Below, piece after piece: positions 24,233 to 37,990 of a stretch of DNA of 64,000 nucleotides. Below the pieces are notes generated by a model. It had not been told where the DNA came from, did no database searches, and saw only the letters and a list, made by a program, of their open reading frames with translations. Origin of the DNA: the human T2T-CHM13v2.0 reference genome, Homo sapiens; the NCBI RefSeq assembly GCF_009914755.1, contig NC_060926.1. One strand, 5' to 3'. The position numbers were made by a program, and so were the translations under genes. Within the stretch, counting starts at the first letter, position 1. Every line of letters starts with the position of its first letter.

Positions 24233-24923
24233 TGTATTAGGATCCTGAGGGGGAAACAGATGGCATACTCAAATCAGGATAATTTGAGGATGGCTTATAG
24301 ACAAAGGGACCTATTCCAAAGATGTAGGCAGTGTGCAGGGGAACCATAAGAGTACAGCAGGAGCCCAGGTTAGCAGCTGACGGTCCCTTTAGGTTAGAGT
24401 TGTCATATCAATACAGGATGCCCCATTAAATTTGAATTTCAGATAAACAATGAATAATCTCTTAGCATAAATATGACTTAATTATTGCATGGGACATCCT
24501 TATTTTTAAAAGTTCATTGTTTATCTAGAATTCAAATTTCCCTGGCCATCTTATATTTGTATTTGCTAAATATGACATCTTTATTTTAGACTCAAAGGGA
24601 AGGGAGAAGACGAGAGAACTTGTAAAGAGAGAGTCATATAGAGTAGGCTGCTCTGAGACATGCGGTAAGCTTCTATCTAGGGATATAAGGTAATTCCAAT
24701 TCAAGTCAACCACACAGGGAAGGAACCAGAGAATAAATACTGAGATCTCCATCTCTTTTCTGCCTCTGGTCTCCTGCCAGGGCTCATCACTGACTGAACC
24801 CAACCACAAGCCAGCGGGCAGGGGAGCCTGTGGATGCAGGCCAGCAAGTCTGCCTCTGTGACGAGGAGCAGGGTGGGAAGGGTGCAGCAGCATCTGGAGG
24901 GGCAAATGGAAAGATTCAGCACA
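24233..24923 (-). mobile_element. LTR33 solo LTR, interrupted by MER53
   Basis: tgtattaggatcc..gaaacagatggcatactcaaa...catctggaggggcaaatggaaagattcagcaca. Confidence 0.85.
24395..24583 (-). mobile_element. MER53 (palindromic hAT MITE)
   Basis: Arms aaatttgaatttcagataaacaatgaa / ttcattgtttatctagaattcaaattt; degraded 8-bp TSD ctttaggt/ttttagac. Confidence 0.92.
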
Positions 24924-25824
24924 GCAGGCATTCCTCTTTCTGCTGTAAGTGTGCATTCTCCAAGCGTTACCTCTGACCTAAGTGAAATCGTAGGAAGTGA
25001 CATCCCTGACATTCCTAGACCAGGAACCAGGCTGTCCGATGATAATTAGTCTTCCTTCTCGGCTACACCATTTCATCATTCGATGCCCTGTGTCTCCATG
25101 GTTCTATGCTTTGGTAATTCTGTGCCTTTTATTAGAAAAAGTATCAAGTCTTTTGGGGTGGGGGTGGTAGGTGGGTGTGGATAAAATAAAAATAGTTTTC
25201 TTTTTCCTATGGGAGCTCTTTTGAAGCAAACATGATATGCCCAGTGTCATAATTCTGTAGGTTCTCTTTTCTTTAATTCTTTCACTTTATCTCTTTATTA
25301 CCTGTGGCTTTTCCTTGTGGATCATATGTCACAGCAGGTTGGTAACATTCGTCAATGTTGAGAGACATTTTAAAATGCTCATATTTGAAATGACCTCTGT
25401 AATCTCTAGCTTCCTTGGCATGAAGCCTGTGGTGGTTATGTTCATGTCCTGGTTCAGATCCATTGCCACAATGTCAATATTCTAACTAGGAATGATCACT
25501 TTATTCCCTTGTTAGGCTTCTAAAGTATTTTCTTTATTACTGTCACTAGCACTGGCATTTGGCTTTTTTTCAGGGCTGTTTACATGAAGAAACAACGTTG
25601 TAGTCATACCTTGAGTGAGTTGCCACATGAGCAGCGGGCAACAAAGCAGTGCAGATAGGCAGATGCTAGCCTCCAGGACTAGCGAAATGACTCATTCTCT
25701 CTCAGAGGGCATGATTCAGATTCCCACTTCAGAATGTTTCAAAGTAATAACTTGCTAAGGAACTTCCCAGGTTACTTTTCAACTGTTGAAACTGTTACAG
25801 ACTCAAGGGTCAGGCATCTATGGT

Positions 25825-26000
25825 AGGAGCAACAGCTTGTGCACTTACTATGTACAGGTTTCTCCTATAAGTACTTTGCATGTATCATCTCATTTAAGAC
25901 CCATGACAACCCTCCGAGTTAGGCAGTATCATTATCCTCATTTTATAGGTGTAGTAACTAACGTATTGAGAAATTAAGTAACTTGCCAAAGTTGATAGGC
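25825..26000 (-). mobile_element. MIR (continues at about 26450-26495 beyond the MLT1J)
   Basis: cacttactatgt..catctcattta..tatcctcattttatag..ttaagtaacttgcc. Confidence 0.85.
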
Positions 26001-26001
26001 A

Positions 26002-26445
26002 GTGTGTTAAATAATATAGCTCTTTATTTCTTTCTCACATAAATGAAGCCTACCAGGAGGTAGGATGGCATTGATGTTGTAGCCCCTCAGTGACTTCAGA
26101 GACTCTGTTCTAAATTTCTGCACACCATCCTAGCACACCATTTCTAGTATCCTGGTCACCTCATGGCTCAAAATGGCTGCTGGAACTCCAGCCGTCACAT
26201 CCACATTGCAATTTAGAAGCAGAACAAAAGGGAGAAGGACAAAAAATAAGCCATCTATCTTATTTATATCTCACTGGACAAAATTTAGTCCTATGCCACA
26301 ACCTACTCCTATGGCCTCACCTAGCCACTAGGGTGGATAGGAAATAGTCTTTTATTCTACATGGCAATATGCCTGGATAAAAGTTTGAGGTGTTCTCTAA
26401 AGTTAAAATGAGAGAATGGATATAGGGGTAAAAAAGCCAGGATTC
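26002..26445 (-). mobile_element. MLT1J-type MaLR LTR
   Basis: cacctcatggctcaaaatggctgctggaactccagccgtcacatccacatt. Confidence 0.8.
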
Positions 26446-26805
26446 TTGGCTACTGTGATGGGCTGGGTTTGAATCCGAGTCATTGGAATCCAGAGGAGCC
26501 CCTACCCTTTTGTGACTATACCATATCCACACTTGGGTGCTACTTTATAATATGGTGCTATTTTTTTTTTTTTAATAATATGGTGCTATCATGGCATTTG
26601 CCCAGTAAGTTCTCTTCTTGGCTTTCAGTATACTGGTCATTAGCATCAAGTGAGTAAGGACTTTGATAAAGGCTAACTTCTTAGCAGAGTAAGAGTTCTG
26701 ACAAGTGACCAGTGACAGCGAGGAGTAGGGACTGGGGTAGAAGGAAGGTGAGGGGCTTAGCATGTGGTTCAACCATAGGCCTGAAACAAACTGCCTAGCT
26801 ATCTT

Positions 26806-26810
<5 letters not shown>

Positions 26811-26851
<41 letters not shown>
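26811..26851 (+). repeat. Poly(A)41
   Basis: Uninterrupted run of 41 A. Confidence 0.97.
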
Positions 26852-26854
<3 letters not shown>

Positions 26855-29544
26855 CAGGCCCATTGGACCTAAAGGAAACCAAACATATAAAGTCTTATCA
26901 TCTCTCTGTCTTCATTTATATTAATCACTTCTTTAAATACACTAATTCTCAAAAGAAAATATAAAATGCAGAAATTTCACAAAACTCATGCTGATAATGG
27001 TAATGAAAATTCTATCAGCAAAAGCACGTTGATTAATCATATACATGCATGATTTTTCTCTTATACCATCTGTTTAGAAGATGAAAAATGTATTCTGCTG
27101 GTAGTTTGGCATAAAATATATTTATAGAAAGATTTTATTTATAGTCTGCCAGTGGATTCTGAGCCTGCCATGACATAGCTTTCAGAACTAGGTAGGCTGA
27201 AATGTTCAAATATTAATGCCAACAACATTCTTATCATTAAAACATGAAAGTTAAAATGTTTTCATATTCAGTTCATATTTTGGAGTCTGTGACTGCAGAC
27301 TGAACAGTCTATTTGGAACTCAGCTTAAAAACATTACAACGTAATTTGATAGCCTTGGTTATTCTCAGCGGTTGATGGTATCTAAATTATTCTGGTTAGC
27401 CAATTTTATTTTCTGGCTATCCAGCATTAAGAAAAACAACGCTTATCTCAGAAAACATTTCCAGAGAATGGAATACATGTAATCACTGATTTTTAGTGAT
27501 GAAGAGTTCACATTACAGGAACTCCAAAGTAACAAGGAAAACTCTACAGGGTGGAATTGAGATATTGGATCTTGATATTAACACATTAGAAGCAGAGAGA
27601 TGATTAAAGAATAACACTAGATTCTCTCTCTCTCTCTTTAAAATCGCTAACCCACTGTCATATCTTTATTTACACACATATTGTATAAGTTAAAATTACA
27701 GTTGCTCTTGTTTATACCTTAAATCTCAAGGATGCCTATGTAAGCCAATGAGCCACTTGAGGCAAGAGAAAAACCCTGTTGCTTTTGCGGGTTTTATGAG
27801 AAACAGCTGGGGCACTTAGACTTGGGATATTCTGGAAGGTGGTTGTCCTGCTCTTCTTGACTACTTGCCTCAAGTATCACTGACACACAGCAAAACTATC
27901 CTCCAGGAGCCTTTTCATGGTCTCTATTGATCTAAAATATTGTTATTTTGACCCTAAGGAAGAGTCTGATGTGCAGTGGAGTCATACATCCTGAGATGTG
28001 AGGGGTCAGGCATAGAAATATTGAATGCTTCTTGTTATCAATAAAATCAGGTCTTTTTCTTAACCTTTCAAGCAATAAGCCCAATAGATATATTAACAAA
28101 TAACAATATGAGGGAAATAAGCTTTGTGTTGTACCTAAGTCCATTCATTCTTAACCTCCATGAGATTTAAGGCAGATTTGGGTGGGTTTCTGGGAAAAAG
28201 TCATGTTACTTAAGTAAGGGGAAAATATCTTATTCATGGAAAGTCTCTTCTTTAAGAACCACAAATTGCATCAATAAAATAATCAATGGCACACAGCAGC
28301 TAACATGCTCAATTCTTCACCTTTAAAGCGGCACTCTTTCTGGCTCTGTGAGGAAGAGAGCCAAAAGTTAGATGCTATAAAGACAAGCATATAGAACATG
28401 TGGTAGAAAATGCCAAAGATTTCTCCAAGAATTCTCAGTAGCAGAACCCCTGAGCCCATGTTGAGACAGGCCCTACCACAATGAAGGTGGACTTGATTGG
28501 TGATAACTGTGGGAAGCATTCTAGTCCTCTTGTCTGACCTTGCCCAGACTTAAAGGGACACACATCTTGTCTCTGCAGGCATCTGCTGGGTTTCCCCCAC
28601 CACCATCCCCTCGCCAACCTCTCACTCACAAGACATTAAACCTCCCCGTGTTGAGTACCTTGTATCAGGGGCAAGCTTAGTCGTTAGTGATGAGTATCTA
28701 CTGACTACAATCACTTCACAGGCCCTGGGCTGAGCACACTACAACCGCTGTCTCATTGAATCCTTGCAATCGCTCTAGGAGGGATGTTTTGGGGGAATTT
28801 TTGGTCAAAAAATAAGAGACTCCTTTCAGGTCCTGAGCTGATAAGTAAATTCTTTTTGTATGACAGTGAGCAGGAGGTTCAGAATTTTGAGACAAATAAC
28901 AGAGTCAGAAAGTTTTATTTTGTTTTTCCCCCAGCAAACTCCCTTTACTTTTGACTTCAGGTCACATTATATAACAATCTAATATTACCTGACCTGGTTT
29001 TTCAGCCTTCTGATGCTGAAATCTCTCTCTTAAAGTGATGAAAGGTTTCAAAGCTCTGAATGGAGATAAAAATCTGTTTCTGCCTTCTTCACCATCCAAC
29101 ACCCACTCTTTCTTAGGCAGATCTGGCAAAAATATGTTTGTTCACAAAGAAGCACTGTGGACACAACACAGTCGTCACAGCTTCCCCACCTTGAAAGAGC
29201 AGCTTCCCTGTGACACCTACAAAGACTGACATGAATGGAGTCAAGCTGCAGCTTCTCACTTGGGGCACAGAGAGAGAGGCTGTCACAAAGTAGCAAGGAT
29301 GCAAAACATGACAATTGTCTCAGGACAATTCAAAACAAAGCTAAAGACCACCCCAGGCTCTACTCTAGTTCCCTTATTTTAACTTAATATATTGTTTTGT
29401 TGAAATAGAGTATTTTAAGCTCTGTTTTCCTCAACAGCTTTGTAAATTCAATATGTTCAAAGAAACAGGAACTATTGTCACAAATGGCCAAAAAGAAGTC
29501 CTGGCCTGTGTCCCTAGGATTGCCCCAGGGTCTCTTAGCCCACA

Positions 29545-29700
29545 GAGGCACTTTGAACATTACGATTTTACAGATACTGGGATGAGGCCCAGAGAGCTTG
29601 ATGAGATTTACATAATCAGAAAGTGGCAGATGAGGGAATTAGGACTCAGGTGACATAGTTTTAAAATGGTTTTCTGATCTACTACTATACTATACTGTCT
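29545..29700 (-). mobile_element. MIR fragment
   Basis: attttacagatactgggatgaggcccagagag..aagtggcaga. Confidence 0.7.
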
Positions 29701-31878
29701 CTTGGAAGCCAACACGTTTGCATCTTTACACTGACCAGTGCCAAGATAATACTAACTTAAGAGAGAACCAGACGGGTGGCTCTAAGGCCAAAATTGGGTT
29801 AAGGGTCCATTGCGTGTTAAGTTAGAACCACAGAAGATTTGCTGCTGATACTCTATTAGAATTAATCCAGTAAAATGCTCCTAAAGTCTCTTTAGTTTTC
29901 TGGGATTGTTCATTTGTCAATTAATTTTCTTTCAAGGAAACTTTAAAAAAGGTTTTTAAATTTGGGGATTGAGGGTGGAGAGTCTAACTAAAGGTATCAC
30001 TTGTCCTATATATATTAAAAAAAGATAGTCTAAGCCCACATTCCTGGAATCAGAATGAGGCAGAAAATTGGACTGAGTTCAAAGAATTGTAAGACAAATG
30101 ATTAGGAGCTTGGCAGAAGTGAATATTAAGTAAAGAGTAAAATTACCGACTGTGTATAGTTAGATTAGGCCAGAGTATGAAGTGGGGGAGGAGGGTAAAA
30201 TAGATGGAGCTCTTTGAGATTTGTGATCCTCAAGTACCGCTCCCAGGGATCGAACGGCAAATATTCTGTCAGGTGACTGTGGATTTAATAATCAAAAGTC
30301 ATTCTTGCCTGTGAGCTACATGAAAGCAAGGGCGGCACTGCTTCATCAAAATGGCATTTCCTTGGAAAACACACTGTAAATAAAAAGTGGTAGTAAAACA
30401 GGCTATACTTATAAATATCATAACGTGTGAGTTTTGTGCTGGAACAAAATGCAGAAAGTTTGTTGGCCATATCCCAGGCAGACTGAATTGCCCTTTGAGA
30501 GAGACTAGAGTTTTTTTAAGCACAGGGCTACCTAAATATTCTCCCAGTTTCCAACTGCTTTCTTCAACTTTTTCCTTTGCCTTGTTCTTTCTTCCTCAAG
30601 AGGGCACCAACACCCCATCCCTAGAAAGGGTGCTGCTATGTGTGGATTTCACATTGAATGTTGAAAACATCTCTCTACAGGAAAGAACCTGGTTATAGAC
30701 CAATAAACCAATAATGAGACTTCCTATTTAGTTTCAAATATCTTTAAAAACAAATTGCATTTTGTTTAATCCCAGACTGATCATTAAACAAACAAACAAA
30801 AAAATCTGTTATATTTGGGAGAGGAGAACTGTGAGATTATGTTCATGGTCTCAAAATAAGAGAGGCAAAGTTCAGCTGAACTGCAACAATTAGACATGAT
30901 TGTGCATTCACATTTGCAGGATATTTTTCTTAAGTCTTGGTGGGAGCATGAAAGGAGACCTTATTGTGTGTGTGAGACTGGTATACAAACCAGCGAGCAC
31001 ACATTAATGACAAACAGTCTTTGTTAAAACCCAGGCAGCAGATATGTTAGAGGTATGCCAAAGAAAGCTTAACATTCCTCTGTCGAACATGTAGCACTTT
31101 TATTTTGGTCGAAGAATGCTATAGACAAAGGATATAGCAACGCTGTGGACTGGCTGCGTTCTTTTAACATTTGCTTTCATATGGAATAAAATGCGTAATT
31201 TCTCCCAATCCTTATCTTTGTCTGGGTGGTGAAATTCATAAATAGCATGAGTACCACATCATATTTTCTGTACCTATTTGAATGGAATGAAGCAATGTTG
31301 CCTACAGGTTTTGTTTTGGATTGTGAGCTAATGACCACATGTTAGGAGCCACTGTTTACAAAAGTCATTTCCATAGTGTTTACTGCTTTGACCAAATGAA
31401 ATTTACAATAACTTAAATCTAACATTTAACGATACACATAATTGTTATTGTGCCATTATATTATTAGGCATAAATGGAAAGCAGTTTACATAATAAATAT
31501 TATTTTACCCAGAAGAACAAGAGTTTGGAGTTTTACTCCTCATTCAGCTTGACTGTGGTCATAGATATAAAATTATAATGATATTGTCATTTTACTCTAA
31601 AATTATGCTTTCCTCCATCTCATTTTTTTCACTTTTTCCCTCTTCTGTCTCTTCTCTTTTTCTTTATCTTAGTAACAACTGTAGTCATCATTGTTACTAT
31701 CATCATCTTCCCCGAACACTGACATATTCTGATATCCACGCATATTGGGGGTGAGAGCTTTGGATCTGGCTTCCAAAGTTGGGAGATCCTTGGTCTAAGA
31801 CCCTCCGTCCTCCTGTGCCCAGGGGCAAAGTTCTCAGGGCTTTGCTTCCTCTACCTGTACTTAATCCCTTTGATAACC

Positions 31879-32312
31879 TGAATTAATTTCTGGGGTCCGC
31901 TGTAAGAAATTAGCACAAACTTGGTGGCTTAAAACAACAGAAATTTACTCTCTCATAGTTCTGGCGGCCAGAAGTCTGAAATCAAGGTGTCCTCAGGGCC
32001 ATCTCTGTCTGAAGGCTCTAGGGGAGGATCTCTCCTTCCCTTTTCCTAGCTTCTGGTGGTTGCCAGCAATCCCTGGTGCTCTTTGGCTTGCCTCTTTCCA
32101 GTCTCACTTGTGTTGTCACATGGGATTCCCTCTGTGTGTCTGTGTCCAAATCTCCCTCTTATAAAGATGCCAGTCCTCTTGGATTTGGGACCCAAATCCA
32201 ATATAACATCATCTTAACTTGATTTCATCAGCAAAGACCATATTTCCAAATAAAGTATTTATAGGTTCTGGGATGACCTGAACTTTTGGGGGACACTATT
32301 CCACCTACTACA
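31879..32312 (-). mobile_element. MLT1C-type MaLR solo LTR
   Basis: cacaaacttggtggcttaaaacaacagaaattta..ccagaagtctgaaatcaaggtgtc...gggggacactattccacctactaca. Confidence 0.9.
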
Positions 32313-33348
32313 TACTCCCAGCCCTATGCCACCCCCTTCCTGAAGGGGGCGATCTGCTTCCTGCTGCTGCTGTTCCTCTTGCCTGTTTTTCTTGCTGCCA
32401 TGTTTTCACACCTAGCAAAGAGCCGGGTGTGACTGAATACCTATTTGTTAAAAGATTAATGTTCCAGAAGCATACTTTCTAGGAGGCTTAAAACTGCAAT
32501 AACTCCAAGATCTGAAACTGTGGATTCCCTGAAAAGGGGAGTTGTAGAGAAAGACGAGAACCTAGGCCAATGGTGAAGCCACAGGAGAATGAGGAAGGCA
32601 TAGGGGGAAAGCTGAACATCTGGGAGACTTAGACCAGGGTGTTGAAAGGAAAGCAACTGGCGTCAAGAAGTCAGGGCAAGGATGGAGGAGTCCGGGTTGC
32701 TAGCACATGATTCCCTAGTCCTGAGCTATACACAGAGGAGACGGTGCAGTGAGAGATAGAGCAAGACAGACCTCTAAAAGTATCCATTATGCTCGGATCT
32801 GTTTCCTATTACTTGATACTTTCCCACCAAGATAAATCTCCACCAACTTGTTGCTGCTTTTAATAGGAAAGAAAAAATTTTGAACCAAATATGACCAGGA
32901 CAATTAAATCTGGTTAAAATTTGGTAGAATGGCACATGCCAATGGTTGCTCCTTTGCTCTTTTTCCTGAGAAAAAGATATAGAGTGGGGCCTCTAGGTGA
33001 GATGGTAGACACCTGATGGAAGAATGGCAGAATGAGGAGAAAGCTGCACATTTTAGGTTTTGCCGAGTCTATCCTGCTTATCTCTGTTCCCATGGGGACA
33101 TGTATAGACGTGTTTCATATTTAGAGCAGCTGGGCTGAACTACGTCTCAGCAGGTGTTTCCTGTGAAAGGCTTTTCAGATTATGATGATCAAATCATATG
33201 CACAGTGTGGTAAAATTCATGGGTGACTCATGGATGCCACAAAATAATTGTCATATCATGTTTATTTAAAGGTCTTGAAAGGGCTTAGAGGTCACATTCA
33301 TTGTGGTTATTACAGAAGATTTTTCAAATGACATCCATCAGGTGATGA

Positions 33349-33738
<390 letters not shown>

Positions 33739-33759
33739 TAGGCATAGATTTATTGCATA

Positions 33760-33925
33760 GATTCAGTGATCCCTCCTGATCCAGCACCTTCTTCTACCTT
33801 TGGGAAAATGGAGGCCTAGGGAGAGAAAGGGATTTGTCCAAAAGTAGCACAGATTATTACAAGGAAAGCCAGGACTCAGACCCAGGTCTACTGAGCCTAA
33901 TGCTTCTTCCACTCCACTGTGCTGC
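33760..33925 (-). mobile_element. MIR
   Basis: ggaaaatggaggcctagggagag..gatttgtccaa..gccaggactcagacccaggtct. Confidence 0.7.
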
Positions 33926-34164
33926 AAAATTGTCACAGCTGTCTTAAATTTAGCTATCTTCTAACATTCTTTAGAGTACCATAGTGATGATGGCCTTTGG
34001 ATTTTTTTCAAGCAAAGGCAACATATAAAAAGAAAATGAAAATAAGAAAATTTGTCTATTAATTCATCATATGCTTATTGTGAGCCAATTTTATACCAGA
34101 TACTACACCCAGTGCTGAGTTATTATTTGAACTTCTGATCCAAAGACACATAATGCACTCTTGA

Positions 34165-34627
<463 letters not shown>

Positions 34628-34989
34628 TAGGTCCTAATACTAGGTGGTGAGGCCCAAGCTTAATGTAAGATCTCCTGAAGGCCAATGGGACCAAAATAAT
34701 CCCACTAACCTTTGATCTCTTAGAGGGCATGTAGGAGCCATTCCATGCATCACCTTCCACCCCAGCTTCACATTCTCTTAGGTAAAGGTATAATACATAT
34801 TTGGACTAAAATGTAAATATTACAAATTGTTCCCTCCATTTTCTGTTCCTTCTACCTGGCTGTACCTCTAAACACACATGTGTGTTGGGTGGGGGAGCAA
34901 GATGATTAGTTAAAACATTGAAGTTGTCCTAACATATTAGAGCTGAATTTTATGTGCTTTCTTTGTAAGTTATGCCTATGTTGCTAGCA

Positions 34990-35250
34990 AGATACTTGGG
35001 AGTCACCTTCATGCTTTCCCTTCTACCATCTCATATCTATCATAAAGCCCCATAGATTCTTCCTTTAAATCAGCTGAAAGCTTCTCTTATTCTCTATGTC
35101 TACTGCTGTAACTATAGTTCAGGCCGTTGTTATCACATGAGAGAGAATGTAGCGATCTCCCTGATTTAGTTTTGTTCCTTCACTAATTTCTGCCATGCCA
35201 GACATAAGTTATGTCTTCCTAAAACATCAGTGTCATGATAACATTTGTCC
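34990..35250 (+). mobile_element. L2 fragment
   Basis: cttgggagtcaccttc..gatt cttcctttaaat..tagttcaggcc. Confidence 0.6.
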
Positions 35251-35784
35251 TGAATGCCACCCAAAATTGGATGGCCTCCATGGCTAGCGATTTGCTTGTC
35301 AACCTGGCTTGATATATGAATCATCAACTAATTTATTCTCAAGAATCTATAATTGCCTCCCCTTGCTTTTTGAATCAACCAGAATTTAAACATTCAATAC
35401 TTTTCTTCTACTCTAATTTTATACTCCTAAACTCGCCTTAATGCACCCTCTCTTCTTCTCGGATTGGCCACTGCCCCATGCACTATCTTTATTAATGTAT
35501 TTTTGCTTTTGATTATATGGCTTTTGTCTCCATGCCCAACCTCTTTCCATTTAGATAATTGTGTCATCTATTTTAACCTACCTGTACTTTCAAATCCATT
35601 CCAAGGAACAGCTCCTCATGGTGCCATTTGTAGTCACTCTTGTCAATAATGATTTCATCCCTTCTGGACTATCTGTAGGACTCTCTAAGAATCATAAACT
35701 ATAGAACCTGATGATATTTAATGTAAAACTTAATGATATACTATCTTGTATTATTTTGCAGTTGTTTTCATGCATATTTCATTC

Positions 35785-35880
35785 ATAAAATAGAAATCCT
35801 AATACTTCCCTTGAAGTATTGGCACATTAAATGTAAAGTGCTTAGAACTGTGTCTGGCATAGAGTTGACTTTTGATGAGT
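35785..35880 (+). mobile_element. MIR 3' end
   Basis: atgtaaagtgcttagaactgtgtctggcatag. Confidence 0.8.
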
Positions 35881-37359
35881 TTCCATCTCCTTCTGTTTTC
35901 CTTTTTCAGAAGATTCAAGTTATATCTGATAATTTTATTACTTCTATAGCAGATATTAGATACAATCATACAGTAGTTCTTAATCAATTCTTATCGACCA
36001 GAACACAGTTGACCTAGAGACCCACACCCTTGAATCTGACATCAAATATGTATATTTATATACTCTTGGGTCATAATGTTATCAATTTTAAAAATCAATA
36101 TTCTCAAATTATGATACCTAGTCATCTATTTATTGCCATAAAATTTCATCTTACTCCACTTATTAGTATTTAAATTTAAATATTAGTCTGGAACATGTGC
36201 AGACTAAAATTCTGTCTGTTGATGGCATAGCATTGTCATTACCCATTATGGTCTTTGCTTTGAGACGTGAGTGCTGCAAAGCCAGCAAGCCTTGCTGAAA
36301 GTGCACATTTTCTATTTTCATGTTTGCCTTGCTTTTCTGTTGGCAGAGGAGGAAACCAGAGCTCCAGAAATTAGGAAGCTTGGCTGAAGCGAGTCCAGCT
36401 TTCCAATTCTCAAAGCCCTTGTCTGGACAGCTGCCCTTCTGAGGATGTAGTCAGTTTTTACTCTTGCTTTTAAGAGCAGTCTTGTTCTACTCAGATGTTC
36501 TTTCACAAACTTTTTTAACTCACTAAAATTAAAACATTTGTTCCTGACTTCCCAAACATTATTTATAAGCTCTCAACTGCTGGACAGAGTACACAATTAT
36601 TCCTTGGAATAAAAGCACTCCAAGTCATATTTATTTCAGTTTCTGCTACTATCCATGAAAGCTGTTTTAATTTTCTGTATAGTGGTAAGATTCATGCTGC
36701 AGGCAATTATCATCAGCCATGTATATTTTGAAAACAATCCCTAGTTTGGCAATAGTTATTCCTAAAGTGATATTTCTTTGCTAGACAGCATCATACAATA
36801 AAACAGATTTTTGCCAAGTATTCTAATCATCCGAATCTAAGACAACATATTATTTATTTCAAATGGTCAGTCGTGTTCCAATCACCATTGCACATTAGAT
36901 TAGAAATTATCCAGTTGGTGTGTAAACATTCCGCTAATTTACCTCGTGTCTGGTTCTTTTATTTGATCTTCAGGAATTTAAATAATTTAATGTTTAGCTC
37001 TCAGTTCAACCTTTGCTTTCTGGATATTTACTTGGAACTTCCTCGTGTTTATTTAAGGATATTAGAAGTGCTTGGGGAGGATGTTTTTACTGCCCACGAG
37101 GTTGGTACAGCTATGTTGATAATGTGGCAGTAGGTTTACAACAGTCTTGCCTGCTTGGTTAAAGTGATTGTCTAATTTCTTCCATCATGAACCCATCTAA
37201 GGAGCTTAGCTCTGTTGAGCAATAAACACCAGTGCCACCAGACTGGCAGGCCTGAAGAAAACTAGTGAGACAATCACATTCCTTTAGCGTGCTCCCAGTT
37301 TCCAACGTTAAAATTTTATTTATTTTTCCTCCATGGTTTGGAACTTTAGAGTAAAACAT

Positions 37360-37520
37360 ATCTAGACACTTCCACTTTCTAGCCGTCAGGCCTTCGACAA
37401 GTTACTCAATCTGTCTGAGCCTCAGTTTCTTACCTGCAAGATGGGAATAAGATATATTTTTCTTGAAAAGATTATTGCAGGGATTAAGTGATATTGGACA
37501 TGTGAAAGCACCTTGCAAGA
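37360..37520 (+). mobile_element. MIR
   Basis: caagttactcaatctgtctgagcctcagtttcttacctgcaagatgggaataa. Confidence 0.88.
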
Positions 37521-37844
37521 CTTTAGGTTATTTTTCTCTCAAAACAGTTCCTTTTTCTTGTGTACTTACTAGAAACCTCTTATTTATTTAAGTGTATGAC
37601 AGTTTACTTAAATATATGATAATTTGCAGTCAAAAAGCATCATTTCTCTTCTCTTGTTATAGGCACCCTGAAATTTCTTTTGCAATCTCCATTTTCCAGA
37701 TATAACTCATTCTCAAAGACCTGAAACTCTTCACACACTGAAGTATAAATTACTGGTAACAACCTAAACTCTTAATCTATAAATGTGAATGTTTCTCCCA
37801 AGGCTTTAAGTTTAAGAAGTGTCTGAACAGCTATAGAATTATAG

Positions 37845-37990
37845 GCATTCATTCGATTGTAGATTCTTTCCATCATTCATTATCTGAGTGCCTACTATGT
37901 GTCAGGGACCTTTTCAGCTGCTGCAAACATTGCAATGGAGAAAACAGATGACAATTCCTGGCCATCTTTCAGCTAATATCTACGAGATAA
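37845..37990 (-). mobile_element. L2 3' end
   Basis: cattcattc..tgagtgcctactatgtgtcagg. Confidence 0.75.

Noticed and set aside
24490-24510. An annotated miR-1302 gene
   Set aside because: Several mismatches to the recalled mature sequence; reported only as a MER53 hairpin
25250-25560. Minus-strand NIDIVA peptide resembling an RTE/CR1 endonuclease motif
   Set aside because: Too short, and the downstream catalytic E-T motif is absent
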